Origin: Laetmonice hystrix
Lineage: Eukaryota
Assembly (NCBI GenBank): GCA_965235115.1
Contig: OZ249440.1
Location: 9,982,001-10,046,000 of the forward strand
Length of the DNA: 64,000 bases
Direction: 5' to 3'
Positions within the stretch are counted from its first letter, which is position 1. Each line of letters begins with the position of its first letter. A program made the position numbers and the translations under genes. Below the pieces are notes generated by a model. It did no database searches, had not been told where the DNA came from, and saw only the letters and a list, made by a program, of their open reading frames with translations. Below, in pieces: positions 1 through 12,385 of this stretch.

Positions 1-1262
1 TTCAAGATGGTGAATTACGTTTTAAAAGATTTCCAATCTGCGTTAGAATTCTGGCATCTGCACCTCCGAGTGTGCGTGTGAGGCTTTGATATACGAAAAT
101 AGGTAATATGTAGAAATCAGCAACCCTGAAGTGTTTTCTCCATACTAACAAGGACACGTGAGAGCAATCGATAACAAAACAGAAACAGATGGTGCCTCGA
201 CTCTGTCACGAATAGTGTGAACAATAAACTTTTGTTATGATTTATGATAACATTCAAATATACATGCCTACTCCTTCTACTGAAGTCCTCCGAAATGTTA
301 GAGAAAGACACCAAATACGTATCCCCTGCACAGCCCTGACGTAGATTATCCCGTAGATTATCCTATAGAGTATTTGGACTCGTGAGATTTGTTGTCACTT
401 TCATCAAAAGTCGCGGGGTTTTTTTTCAGGTTGATCGAGATTGTTGTGAAAGATCTGTCGAGTTCACATGTCAGAAAATTAGTTCTGTTGGAGTACACAA
501 TATTATATTAAATCTACTTTCGTCACCAAACGAAAATAAACCAGCTCTGACCATTTGGTTGGTAACATAAAACTCTTCTTTAATTCTGGTTCATTCAAAA
601 GAAACTTGTTATGATAATCAGATTGTAATCTTATATTGAATGGACGGCCAGCCTGTATTAAAACTGTTCTCCGTGCGTAGTGTGTTTACTGAAACAATCT
701 TTCACTGTATTTCGGCCAGAAGTACAGGCTGTAACTTTGTAAGGCTATTTTGTATTTCTATAATTTACAATAATACCTGCCCATTCGGACCGTGTTCAGA
801 TGATAACATCACATGCAGGGAGGGGGGAATTCGCAATTAGCGAACAGATCCGATCGTACACAAAATGACGGCGGTATTCTGCCGTGTACTAAATACATTG
901 TATAGTCAAACTGGTACAAGTATGCCCTCGAAATCGGTCATAGCGGAGGTGGAAAAAAATCTAAACTTATTACCTCCATGCGTGATGAAGGTTTGGCTAG
1001 GACTTGGCTGGCCCTATTACGTGGCCGCCTGGGGCCAACGTCCACAATTAACATTAGCCAGACACGCGATATAACAAACACATGGTAGGATTTTGTGAAG
1101 GTACGTTTTTACTCAATCGGTCTTTACCTATATCGATTTCATACACGAAATGAGGGCGGTGTTAGCACGACAGATCTCGGATATTAATATATAGCCGTCT
1201 GTCAATCCACAGGCACCTTTGTGGGTTAACTATGTCCTAGCTAACTACATCCGTGTTAGCTG

Positions 1263-1519
1263 TATACTGCCGTGAAATGACAAAAGGAAGCAAGTCCAAA
1301 AGTTCAAGTTTCGAGAAATGGACATAAACAAGTTGTCTCTACAGTGCAGTTGGATGGGCATGCTTCCTTCTGTCATGTGACTGATAGCCTTATAGAAGGA
1401 TGTTTAGCAGAAATACACCTATTGATAGATAGGACTTACTTCCCTGAATCCAAATTTACACTTAAGTCGATTTTGATGAAAGTTGCACTTGCTTCCTTTT
1501 GTCATTTCACGGCAGTATA
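1263..1519. mobile_element. MITE, Tc1/mariner-like (non-autonomous)
   Basis: Perfect 33-bp inverted repeats tatactgccgtgaaatgacaaaaggaagcaagt (1263-1295) and its reverse complement (1487-1519), with TA at both ends (candidate TSD) and no internal ORF. Confidence 0.8.
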
Positions 1520-2084
1520 GGTGTGCTCGACGTAGAGATCCTGAACTTATTTAAGGCCCTGATCATTAAAAGAAACCTCACTCCCGACGTCTATACCTAT
1601 AGGTCAGTTCACGTTGCCTTCCTTGCCTTATAGAAAGTGTTGCAGACCACACTAGTGGAGCCATGTCTTAAGTTGTAATATAGATTTTATTTCCTATAAA
1701 TGTGAGTGTTTCAAGGTGACACTTTGTTTGTAGAGATACCCCATAATGGAAGTGCAGTCTGAATTCCCAATCCTCACACTGTAGGTCTTTAGGTCCAACA
1801 GACGTGTGGTCAATGAGCTAATGGGCCACCAGCACTTACAAGCCTCTCGAGCCGGCCCGCAGATACCCGGGAGGAGTGGGGGAGCCGCCCACGGACAGGG
1901 CGGGTTGTAGCAACGTCTGTCATCATTGGGACCTGTCCACACCGTCCGCGACAGCCGCGTCACCCGAGGCGCGAGGCGAGCGATAGGATCACGTCGCGCC
2001 GACGGCCACACGACTTTAACTTCGCACCGTGAATGGGGTGTTAATGTCCAGTGGGGGCGACGTGATGGACGGCAAGGTGTTGAC

Positions 2085-2165
2085 GGTACCCCCGGCCTGG
2101 CACCCCCGGCCTTTACATCCCTGACAGGTACCCCCGGCCTGGCACCCCCGGCCTTTACATCCCTG
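2085..2165. repeat. Tandem duplication, 42-bp period, 2 copies
   Basis: ggtacccccggcctggcacccccggcctttacatccctg starts at 2085 and again at 2127. Confidence 0.9.
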
Positions 2166-2313
2166 GCACATCCCCACCTGGGGGACTACTTTGTTACAAG
2201 TATGCAGCAAGTCCCTGCCTTCCCCCGCCCTATACAAACCCTCACTCCACCGGATCGTTTCCATGTAATATTCCTGGTTTTCCTCGAGTAAGTTGATGAT
2301 GAGAGCCCACAAT

Positions 2314-3846
2314 GTGTGAGGATGATCAGGGTCCCAGTAAGGACCTCTCTGTCTGAGGAGGATTAGGGTCCCAGTAAGGACCTCTCTGTCTGAGGATGAT
2401 CAGGGTCCCAGTAAGGACCTCTCTGTGTGAGGATGATCAGGGTCCCAGTAAAGACCTCTCTGTGTGAGGATGATCAGGGCCCCAGTAAGGACCTCTCTGT
2501 CTGAGGGGGATTAGGGGCCCAGTAAGGACCTCTCTGTCTGAGGATGATCAGGGTCCCAGTAAGGACCTCTCTGTGTGAGGATGATCAGGGCCCCAGTAAG
2601 GACCTCTCTGTGTGAGGATGATCAGGGTCCCAGTAAGGACCTCTCTGTATTAGGATGATCAGGGTCCCAGTAAGGACCTCTCTGTGTTAGGATGATGAGG
2701 GTCCCAGTAAGGACCTCTCTGTATTAGGATGATCACGGTCCCAGTAAGGACCTCTGTGTGTGAGGATGATCAGGACCCCAGTAACGACCTCTCTGTGTGA
2801 GGATGATCACGGTCCCAGTAACGACCTCTCTGTGTGAGGATGATCACGGTCCCAGTAACGACCTATTTGTATGAGGATGATCAGGGTCCCAGTAACGACC
2901 TCTCTGTGTGAGGATGATCAGGGCCCCAGTAAGGACCTCTCTGTGTGAGGATGATCAGGGTCCCAGTAAGGACCTCTCTGTATGAGGATGATCAGGGTCC
3001 CAGTAACGACCTCTGTGTGTGAGGATGATCAGGGTCCCAGTAAGGACCTCTCTGTGTGAGGATGATCAGGGTCCCAGTAAGGACCTCTCTGTGTGAGCAT
3101 GATCAGGGTCCCAGTAAGGACCTCTCTGTGTGAGCATGATCAGGGTCCCAGTAAGGACCTCTCTGTGTGAGGATGACCAGGGTCTCAGTAAGGACCTCTC
3201 TGTATTAGGATGATCAGGGTCCCAGTAAGGACCTCTCTGTGTGATGGTGATCAGGGTCCCAGTAACGACCTATTTGTATGAGGATGATCAGGGTCCCAGT
3301 AAGGACCTCTCTGTGTGAGGATGATCAGGGTCTCAGTAACGACCTATGTGTATGAGGATGATCAGGGTCCCAGAAAGGACCTCTCTGTGTGAGGAGGATT
3401 AGGGTCCCAGTAAGGACCTCTCTGTGTGAGGATGATCAGGGTCCCAGTAAGGACCTCTCTGTGTGAGGATGATCAGGGTCTCAGTAACGACCTATCTGTA
3501 TGAGGATGATCAGGGTCTCAGTAACGACCTCTCTGTGTGAGGAGGATTAGGGTCCCAGTAACGACCTCTCTGTGTGATGGTGATCAGGCTCCCAGTAAAG
3601 ACATCTCTGTGTGAGGATGATCACGGTCCCAGTAAGGACCTCTCTGTGTGAGGATGATCACGGCCCCAGTAACGACCCCTCTGTATGAGAATGATCAGGG
3701 TCCCAGTAACGACCTCTCTGTGTGAGGATGACCAGGGTCCCAGTAAGGACCTCTCTGTGTGAGGATGATCAGGGTCCCAGTAAGGACCTCTCTGTATTAG
3801 GATGATCAGGGTCCCAGTAAAGACCTCTCTGTGTGAGGATGATCAG
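2314..3846. repeat. 37-bp minisatellite, about 41 copies
   Basis: Unit gtgtgaggatgatcagggtcccagtaaggacctctct; period 37 checked at 2314/2351. Confidence 0.97.
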
Positions 3847-4530
3847 TACACCAATAATTACATGACTACATCACCCCAGCTGTCACATGGGTCCAAATAA
3901 ATAACATGTTATTTTATTTCCAAGTGTCAGTGTTTTTTCTAAGCTGGATACCCGCCAATACGGACGGCCACGAGTGTGCGCCTGGTCCTTACGGGCACGG
4001 AGTCTTCGATTATACTCTGTCGATGTGTCTGATCATCGTCAGCACTGTACATGTATGCTATACATGATGGAGGTGAAGACACAAAGCCGGGAAAAACGAC
4101 TTGAACACCATCTGGTTCTCCTTACCTTTACACAAACACAGCACCCAGAGAGTCACGTGCACGTATACAGAGAAGCGATTTATCTTGTTTTCACTTTCAT
4201 TTTTTTAAACTGCAGAATTGGTTCTAAATAAAAATATATCATTAAAAAAACACGCAGAAGACTATTATATCAATCAATTAAAGCCACAAAGTGAAAAAAA
4301 AACCAACAAAGATCTCGGCGGAAGCCCTCATGCATATTTATGACTACACTGTCATCAGTATTTGGTCGTATATCGTACAAGCTCCATGCTTGGAAAGAAC
4401 CAAATCTTACCACTTGTCATCCGGCGGTCCGAATAAAGGAATGTTTACAAACACAGTTAGTGCCATACACTCACATTGTTTACATTTCTCATACTCTTTG
4501 CGGCGACAGTCAGATGGAAACACCTGATAA

Positions 4531-4614
4531 GCCAGATGCCTTATAACCAGCCAGCCAGCCAGATGCCTTAGAACCAGCCAGATGCCTTAGAACCAGCCAG
4601 ATGCCTTATAACCA
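4531..4614. repeat. 19-bp tandem repeat, about 4 copies
   Basis: Unit ccagatgccttagaaccag with an internal (ccag)n expansion. Confidence 0.85.
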
Positions 4615-5313
4615 TGAGGGCGACGAGCACGACTGAGTTGTTTGTTGATGGGTATAGTCTTTATGCCCCTTTAATTAAAGTGTTGTAGGATTGTATGTTT
4701 GGTTACGAAGAGCAACTTGCCCCTGTGTAATAGTATCAGATTTAAAAGAAAACTAGCCTGGTCCTATCTCGGTAAAACATGCATCTCCAGCCCCACGCAA
4801 GTGTCCACATAAATACCAAACACATCGGCCCCCGCCACGCCCCTCGTTAACACGGCTGTGGTTAACGACTGCAGCAGAGAATGGCGCCAATTACACGTTC
4901 GGTCTCCCCGAATACCGGGGTGGGGGGGGGGAGGTGGTAGTCCACACGACCACACCTCCAGTACTTCCCCATTCCCGTCCACTATCCGCTCGAGGATTGT
5001 ACATATCCTGAGGTGTAATCGAAAACAGCGGTTACAGCCCAGCCTTCACGATGTCGCTTTCCTTTAAACGTATGGTTACAAATAGCTTTCTCTGTGGTTG
5101 CCTTGGTAATTACATCCGTGTAAGGTTAACAAGCTACGATAAATAGACTTTTTTCTGGCTAACTCTAAAGCTGTACATCATAGGAGCTAATCTATACGGG
5201 GTAGAGAGGCGACGTTTGAAGGGGATTGACTTGCCACATTGTACGCTAAGGAACCATATTTACAGCCTCGACTAAGTTTTAATTAATGTTGTCTTGTTAT
5301 TTTATACTTGCAG

Positions 5314-5385
5314 AGACCTTCAGGGCAATAACCTTACGATCATCCGACGTAAAGACTTCAGTGGCCTAAAAAATCTACGGATATT
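5314..5385 (+). CDS. slit: Slit LRR exon (exon 2 equivalent): DLQGNNLTIIRRKDFSGLKNLRIL
   Basis: Acceptor tatacttgcag, donor gtaagt, exactly 72 nt, phase 2/2. Matches my recollection of the first Slit LRR (vertebrate [24 protein letters not shown]). Confidence 0.95.
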
Positions 5386-7968
5386 GTAAGTATATTCTTC
5401 CAACATTCGACTCCTATGTCATTGTATGAAATATTTAGGTGCTGCCTGTGTGTATTTCAATTGTTCATCGTCAAAGCTAGTTCAAAAGAGAATATGTTTA
5501 GATGGATTTAAAGCTACTTATGGTGTGGAAGCAGAAAGTCCAGTTACTTTTGGCGTTTTACGTTTCCAATCGACGTCATAAGTTTAATGAAATTATAACC
5601 ACAAGCATGTTAATAAAGGAGAATGATCTGTGCCCTGGAGAATCCGCTACTGTACAAGGAGTAGGCAATATCATAAACTATCCTCCCTTTTTTTGGTCTG
5701 CAGACGTTAAGGTTAGAAGGTCGTTTCATTATGTCTCAGAGAGACAGAGTATACCTCCTCCTGCAGATAGCACTGTTGTCCCTCCGGACAGCACTGTCCT
5801 AACTCGTAATGATAGCTCATCTCTAAGTGCTAGGCACAGGGAAAGTTTACGCAGGAACCTTGGCCCCAAGTATTACACCTCGGCGAAACACGGAAAATGA
5901 AGTCAGGCAAATGACCTTCAGCCGGAGCAATTAGTATTCGAGAGCCGTCCCTTGCCAGTTGTGTGCCGCGCCGTGGTATGTAGTGTACGGGCAGCGAGCG
6001 GTTGGTGGACCACAGGGAGGGGGAAAAAACTTGGCCAACTACTACAGATCATCATCCCTGCAGACGATTCAAGTGTATATAGAGGATGGGAATATACCTA
6101 AATGAAGACTTGAGGACGTACGTGTTGGAGTATATCCTTGATTTTCCACAGTCAGAAGACGTTAAATTATCAAATATATACACCTGAGTCAGGGTTTGAA
6201 AAACTTAAAATCTTGCTAAGCAGACCAACCCCCAGCCTTTCCAAAAGTACTTATTCCTGTCACTGAACCTAATGGATTCTGTACTTTGGATTCTGTACTG
6301 AATTTGCTCAAGTTTTATCCTCAGTTTGTAGAACTCATGCTGAGCATGCAGGTATAGATATAAGTATAACGATGGGGGAAATATACCAGTAGACTGATGG
6401 GCTCACAAAAAACACATCACTCTCTTCCATCCATCAAGCATCCACCCGGAAAGTTATTTGTACGTTTCTTACGAACCTTCCCGTTACACAACGTAACCAC
6501 AGGTATATCAGTGAATAAGCCAAATCTTTGGGATTTCTGGCTACTCAACTGTAATGATTAGTCGTATAAGTTACGTCAGATCAGGGCCTCAACAAGCTCG
6601 CAACGTTGTCTAGATTAAGAAAAGATTGCAGAAGGCTAAAATTCACTGTTTGTCGTTTGTGATATGAAGCCGCTAAAACTACGCTGATTTGTAGCTCACT
6701 TTTCCTGGTTAAATTTCCACGCAATTTGAGGTCGAACTAAAAATCACTATTCGTATCTCCAGCCCTAGTCCCAACCCTCATCCCGGTCCCAAGTCCCCCC
6801 CCCCCCCCCAAAAAAAAGAAGATTATATCTACCTCCGGTCCACCCATAATCATAGGAAAGTTCCAATCAGGGACAATAACCTTCAAAACATCCATTCCTT
6901 TCAACAGTCTTTAAACAGCATTTCTCAATATATAATCAAGAAAATGTAAGGTACAATTTAAAGGTAACGTGACCCCACTAAGTACTGTACTTAGTGAAAA
7001 CACACTCAATGGTGCAAAGAACAGAGCGTGGACCGCCCCCTGAAATCTATTGACATCTACAGAAAGAAATCACAGAGTGCAGCAGTGTAAACCTAGCTCA
7101 CTATAATACGCACATGCCTACAGCTATGAAAATAAAACCTCTAGCTAAAAGCCCCGGTCCATACGGGCAGCCCATAGAAATTCCTCTCTCCGTCCCTGAT
7201 GATATATTTGCTCTCCGAGTCTAAACGTTCTATTATCCACGTGACGTAAGCACTGAACGTAAAGCCAATAGCCGTTTGATTGAGACGTCCCCATCGTCTA
7301 CATGTCATTCATAGCCGGCTGGAGTCTGACCTTGCCCGTTACTTTACCTTGTACGGGTGCCACAATGCCAGCGCATTTATAGCAAATACAGAGAAAGACT
7401 TGGTAAGATTTGTGACTGGGCAAGTGCCAGTAGTTGTGGGGTCCGAGTTGGCATCAAAGGCCAGGAATTGGCCGATATATCAGGGCAGGAAGTCTCACAT
7501 CAAAGCCGTTAGTTATGGATGCCCAGATGTTACCAGGTAGAGATGTGCACTCTAAGTTACATTTTCCGCTCAAGTTCCACGCCCCTTCCACCTGAGTTTG
7601 TGGTTTGACAGAGAACTGTTTATAAAGTCGGGTTTACGCGTGGAGGTGGAACGATATCGCTGCAGCCTGGGGCAGAGGATGCCTCAGGGTATTGCGAGCG
7701 CATTTAAGACTTGCATAAACACGTTGGTGTTAATGATTTATATTCACACTATAATTAGGATGTTACTTGGCCCTGTTTAATGTATATTAATATTTATTAA
7801 ATATATATATATTATTAAATATATATTATTAAATACGTGTGAATTGTGTCCAGCTACATTTCCAAAATGTAGACATGGGCTGTTAGGTCAGTTAAGGCCT
7901 TATGTATACCCATGTGGAGAAATGGAGAAATCTAATGAAATTCAACATTCCAGTTGCCTCTTGTCGCC

Positions 7969-8112
7969 ATGAAGCGAACGTCTCATGGCTGGTTATTGAC
8001 CTGGCATTGACTTGAACAGCCAATGAAATTCAAAGGGCTATGAACCGATGTATTTTAATGGCTGTTTAAGTCAATACCAGGTCAACAACCAGCCATGAGA
8101 CGTTCGCTTCAT
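7969..8112. repeat. Long inverted repeat or foldback element
   Basis: 54-bp arms 7969-8022 and 8059-8112 with 3 mismatches and a 36-nt spacer that partly pairs. Confidence 0.9.
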
Positions 8113-8441
8113 TGACCCAACCGTGTACTGGTTTCCCTTTAAGACCGATCCGTTTTCCCCGAGATTGTCCACTCCTTTAAATATTGATGGAGTTTTCTGG
8201 TTGTTTTTATTCTAATCTCTGACGTTACGAATAGAGATAGATGGCCTGTGTAGGAGACCGGGATCCCGACGTTGGTCCACACAGCAAGTTCCCCATTTGA
8301 GGCGTAAACGTCTCCAAATTCTTCGGCTAGACGAGATAGATTGAAAGTCAAACGGAGTAAAAACTTCATCGCTACCGTATTCGAACGCGATGCATATATA
8401 GGATCGGCTTTGGTTTATTTATACGGACATCATTTTCTTGA

Positions 8442-9328
8442 GTGTGGGTATGGGTGTGGGTGTGGCTGGGAATGGTCAGTCATGTCAGTGGGTGTGGGTG
8501 TGGGTATGGGTGTGGGTGTGGCTGGGAATGGTCAGTCATGTCAGTGGGTGTGGGTGTGGGTATGGGTGTGGGTGTGGCTGGGAATGGTCAGTCATGTCAG
8601 TGGGTATGGGTGTGGGTATGGGTGTGGGTGTGGCTGGGAATGGTCAGTCATGTCAGTGGGTGTGGGTGTGGGTATGGGTGTGGGTGTGGCTGGGAATGGT
8701 CAGTCATGTCAGTGGGTGTGGGTGTGGGTATGGGTGTGGGTGTGGCTGGGAATGGTCAGTCATGTCAGTGGGTGTGGGTGTGGGTATGGGTGTGGGTGTG
8801 GCTGGGAATGGTCAGTCATGTCAGTGGGTGTGGGTGTGGGTATGGGTGTGGGTGTGGCTGGGAATGGTCAGTCATGTCAGTGGGTGTGGGTGTGGGTATG
8901 GGTGTGGGTGTGGCTGGGAATGGTCAGTCATGTCAGTGGGTATGGGTGTGGGTATGGGTGTGGGTGTGGCTGGGAATGGTCAGTCATGTCAGTGGGTGTG
9001 GGTGTGGGTATGGGTGTGGGTGTGGCTGGGAATGGTCAGTCATGTCAGTGGGTGTGGGTGTGGGTATGGGTGTGGGTGTGGCTGGGAATGGTCAGTCATG
9101 TCAGTGGGTGTGGGTGTGGGTATGGGTGTGGGTGTGGCTGGGAATGGTCAGTCATGTCAGTGGGTGTGGGTGTGGGTATGGGTGTGGGTGTGGCTGGGAA
9201 TGGTCAGTCATGTCAGTGGGTGTGGGTGTGGGTATGGGTGTGGGTGTGGCTGGGAATGGTCAGTCATGTCAGTGGGTGTGGGTGTGGGTATGGGTGTGGG
9301 TGTGGCTGGGAATGGTCAGTCATGTCAG
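8442..9328. repeat. 56-bp G-rich minisatellite, about 16 copies
   Basis: Unit gggtgtgggtgtgggtatgggtgtgggtgtggctgggaatggtcagtcatgtcagt; period 56 checked at 8466/8522. Confidence 0.97.
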
Positions 9329-10108
9329 CGGTAAGGATTGGGAACGGATGAAGACACTCCGATTTATTGCGTCTGGGCGACGGTTTTCCAAAGTTTGTCA
9401 ACACCAGGCGCATGTTCTTTTTTCAAATTCTTTTTCTTATACTTCCTTTTTTCTTCTACGAGCTAAAAAGTACTTATATGCAGAAAGAAAAGACTAAATA
9501 CTTTGCAGGCACTGGAAAATAGCACAATAAAAAATCGTATGAAAGGGAATAGCGTGAAAATCGGAAATTTCATATACTACATAGATAAACCGTGACTGAT
9601 GACTAATTATTGTATGGTTCAATATGAATGGGCCCTATATATTTAAGGTAGAAATTTCAGGTGTCTCTCTTAGTACACGAAACGTCATTTCTTTAACACT
9701 GACAGCCCACGACCTCACAACAGAGTTCAATAATGATAGACAACCTCTCGCTGGTCCGGGCAATACAACTGTCCACGTACTATATGTAAATATATCGTAC
9801 TGGAGTGCTTCTCTAGGCGTTAGGAATGTCCGACCAATTGAAACCATCTGAGGTCCCTCGCCCTGATTGTCATGTAGGTGTGATCTATACCACTGATCCT
9901 TGGTGTGAATTTATTTTATTGATCCTCATGTGTACACCTTCAAATAATGCCATCTTCCCTAGGACCTCCCAGGTGATCGGAACCCAACACCTTTCTTGAT
10001 CGCACGGTGGATTTTTTCTTCTCTCCCTCTCACGTCCGTCGCCCATTAGGTCGTGTGGTCTTTCATGGCGACCCTAACTTAACCTTTCTCCCTTTTGGCT
10101 GCTTTCAG

Positions 10109-10180
10109 ACAGTTGTTGGACAATCAAATCACAACTATTGAAAAAGGCGGCTTCGACGACATGGTTTCAATGGAACGCTT
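10109..10180 (+). CDS. slit: Slit LRR exon (exon 3 equivalent): QLLDNQITTIEKGGFDDMVSMERL
   Basis: Acceptor ggctgctttcag with ccctaac branch-point-like motif about 30 nt upstream, donor gtaagt, 72 nt, phase 2/2. Resembles vertebrate [24 protein letters not shown]. Confidence 0.95.
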
Positions 10181-11646
10181 GTAAGTATGATATTCTATTT
10201 TACATCTCGATGTGTCGAGGTTGAGGGTTTTAGTGGTTTCAGACAAGGGAAGAATTAAGGTGTCAGTGGGGTCGGCCTAAAGAAGGCCTATTAATGTGGC
10301 GACCATAGAAATAATCGGCATACCAGGACGCCCGGTGGCAATGTCTTGGTGACCACGCGGCCAACTACTGAATCCACTTCAGACTCCCCGTGAGAACCCC
10401 CCCCCCCCCCGTGCTCAGTGTCAACGTGAAGTCAGCCACTTCTTGGCTTTGAGGGGGAATGGCTCCCGAACCTGTAGTGAAAGACTCAGGCACCCGGTGG
10501 GCAGACATGGCACTGGTGTGGACGAATAGAATCCACACAAATACATGTATACCTCTCAACATGCCTTTACCTCTGTCCCCTTCATAAACCGCCCCCCGCT
10601 CTGAAATCCGTGTCCCTGATATAGGTTAATACTGTGCCCTCCAAACTCGACACCAATGATTGCTTATACCTGCTGCCTTACATTATGATAAAGGCAAATA
10701 GTACTTGGGACAGCAAAAAGTGACACTTTGGATATCTTTTGGTGGTTGTCAAAGCAGGTGAGTAAACAGCTTCCAAGTGGAAGCCACAAGCGGTTACCCC
10801 AAATAGCTCCTCTTTCCCCGGTACGGCAAGGTGACACCGGACACCCAAGTTCATCTCCAAACAATTTCTTATTCATTGTCGACGTATACGGCCACTGCAT
10901 TTCCTAAACGGTGTGTGCTTAAAGTTAAAGGGTCTAAACAACATGTATTCCGCTCCTTGCCCGTCTCTTATGGGTGACGCCTTTGACGCCTTTAAACTTA
11001 AGCGTCGCAAACGTCAGTAATGTACATTGCCTATAAAGCTGTTGCGTCACTAGATATTACAATAAAGGCGAATGGTGACGGGAAATAAAAGACATTATGC
11101 CAAATACATGTAGGCATATAATGAAGTCTGAGTGACTCTTAAAATTTTATATATTATATTGGAATTACTAAGACTTAGTATTTCCAATATAAAGTACAGT
11201 TGGGCGTTATTATATAACAGCCGCAGACATTGACAGACAATGGATGATTTTTGGAATCGTTTGGGATTAGAAAAAGTAATGTGATATACACAGGGCGAAG
11301 TTGACTATCTGACGCCGCTTCAGGGCAAGAAAATTGCTGGAACATTCGGAAAGAGGAAACAGTCTCAATATAAGTTACCGATATCGGTGCATTGAAAACA
11401 ATGTGCTCGAGAAAGGCCTTGTATGACTGCATCAACGGGAGAAGAAATGGGTCCCTTTGTTTTGGCAAGTAGAATAGAGAACGGCTCTCAGACAGATGGC
11501 TGATTGAAACTTGCCGGGGAACAGACGGAGAACTTACTGTGTGGGCCAAACTAGTCGCTACTGATTTTATCATACTCAGGGACACTGGTTTAACACGAAC
11601 TGTTCTTGCTTACACTGCCCGCCTCTCTCTCCATCTCTGTTTGTCT

Positions 11647-11833
11647 NNNNNNNNNNNNNNNNNNNNNNNNNNNNNNNNNNNNNNNNNNNNNNNNNNNNNN
11701 NNNNNNNNNNNNNNNNNNNNNNNNNNNNNNNNNNNNNNNNNNNNNNNNNNNNNNNNNNNNNNNNNNNNNNNNNNNNNNNNNNNNNNNNNNNNNNNNNNNN
11801 NNNNNNNNNNNNNNNNNNNNNNNNNNNNNNNNN
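11647..11833. other. Assembly gap (187 N)
   Basis: Run of N that begins directly after a CT-rich tract. Confidence 1.
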
Positions 11834-12346
11834 TTAGTTGATAATAAGAAAGATTATCCCTATAACACCCACTCGGCTGGTTGAAAATTCAAATTTCCAT
11901 AATAAAGTCGCGTCATGTTTCTGAACACCAGAAAATTCGATCAGTACAAAATACTTGACGTCCACATTTTTCAGTGCAACCTGACCCGTTTTAAGTCACA
12001 GCTGAGATGGCAGAAGGTTAACTGGTTTTAGTTTACAAGATCCGAGTCCACCAAGTGACTTGGCGCCTTGGTTTGCTCTGACTGAGATTGGTCCGGACGT
12101 AGCTCAGTCCCAGCCGGGCGGTCGTTGGGTGCCCACCCTGAAAGCTGAATGTCACGAGTGGCTGCAGGCTCACCGCCCTACCTGAGACACGTCGACTAAT
12201 GTCATCATTACATTCCACCCAGCCTCCCGGGACCGAAATGAAGCGTGTCAAAGTGGTTTCCTCAGCTCTCCGGGGTGGTGGCTTGGTTGGCCGGACGGTC
12301 GACCGGCGGAGGCCGCGGGGCGGGGGGCCATGCCCGGGGAGTGCGT

Positions 12347-12385
12347 CCGCCCGCCCGCCCGCCCGCCCGCCCGCCCGCCCGCCCG
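12347..12385. repeat. (CCCG)n microsatellite in a GC/CpG-rich island
   Basis: About 10 ccgc units within very GC-rich 12280-12500. Confidence 0.9.

Noticed and set aside
640-840. ORF with CPFGPCSDDNITC as a possible Slit exon 1 (LRRNT)
   Set aside because: No signal peptide, wrong cysteine spacing and no phase-2 donor; exon 1 is probably upstream of the window.
2314-3846. Regular 37-bp periodicity suggestive of a CRISPR array (also 44878-45648)
   Set aside because: Units are head-to-tail with no unique spacers, there are no cas genes, and the context is a eukaryotic intron.
7280-7540. FTLYGCHNASAF resembling the HxxTGCDxxSxF motif of some invertebrate transposon proteins
   Set aside because: The key Asp is missing and no neighbouring motifs are present.
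8341-9497. 298-351-aa ORFs (Gly/Val/Trp/Cys-rich)
   Set aside because: They are translations of the 56-bp minisatellite; three overlapping frames are open and there is no domain signal.
11539-11884. ORFs spanning the N run
   Set aside because: Artefacts of the assembly gap.
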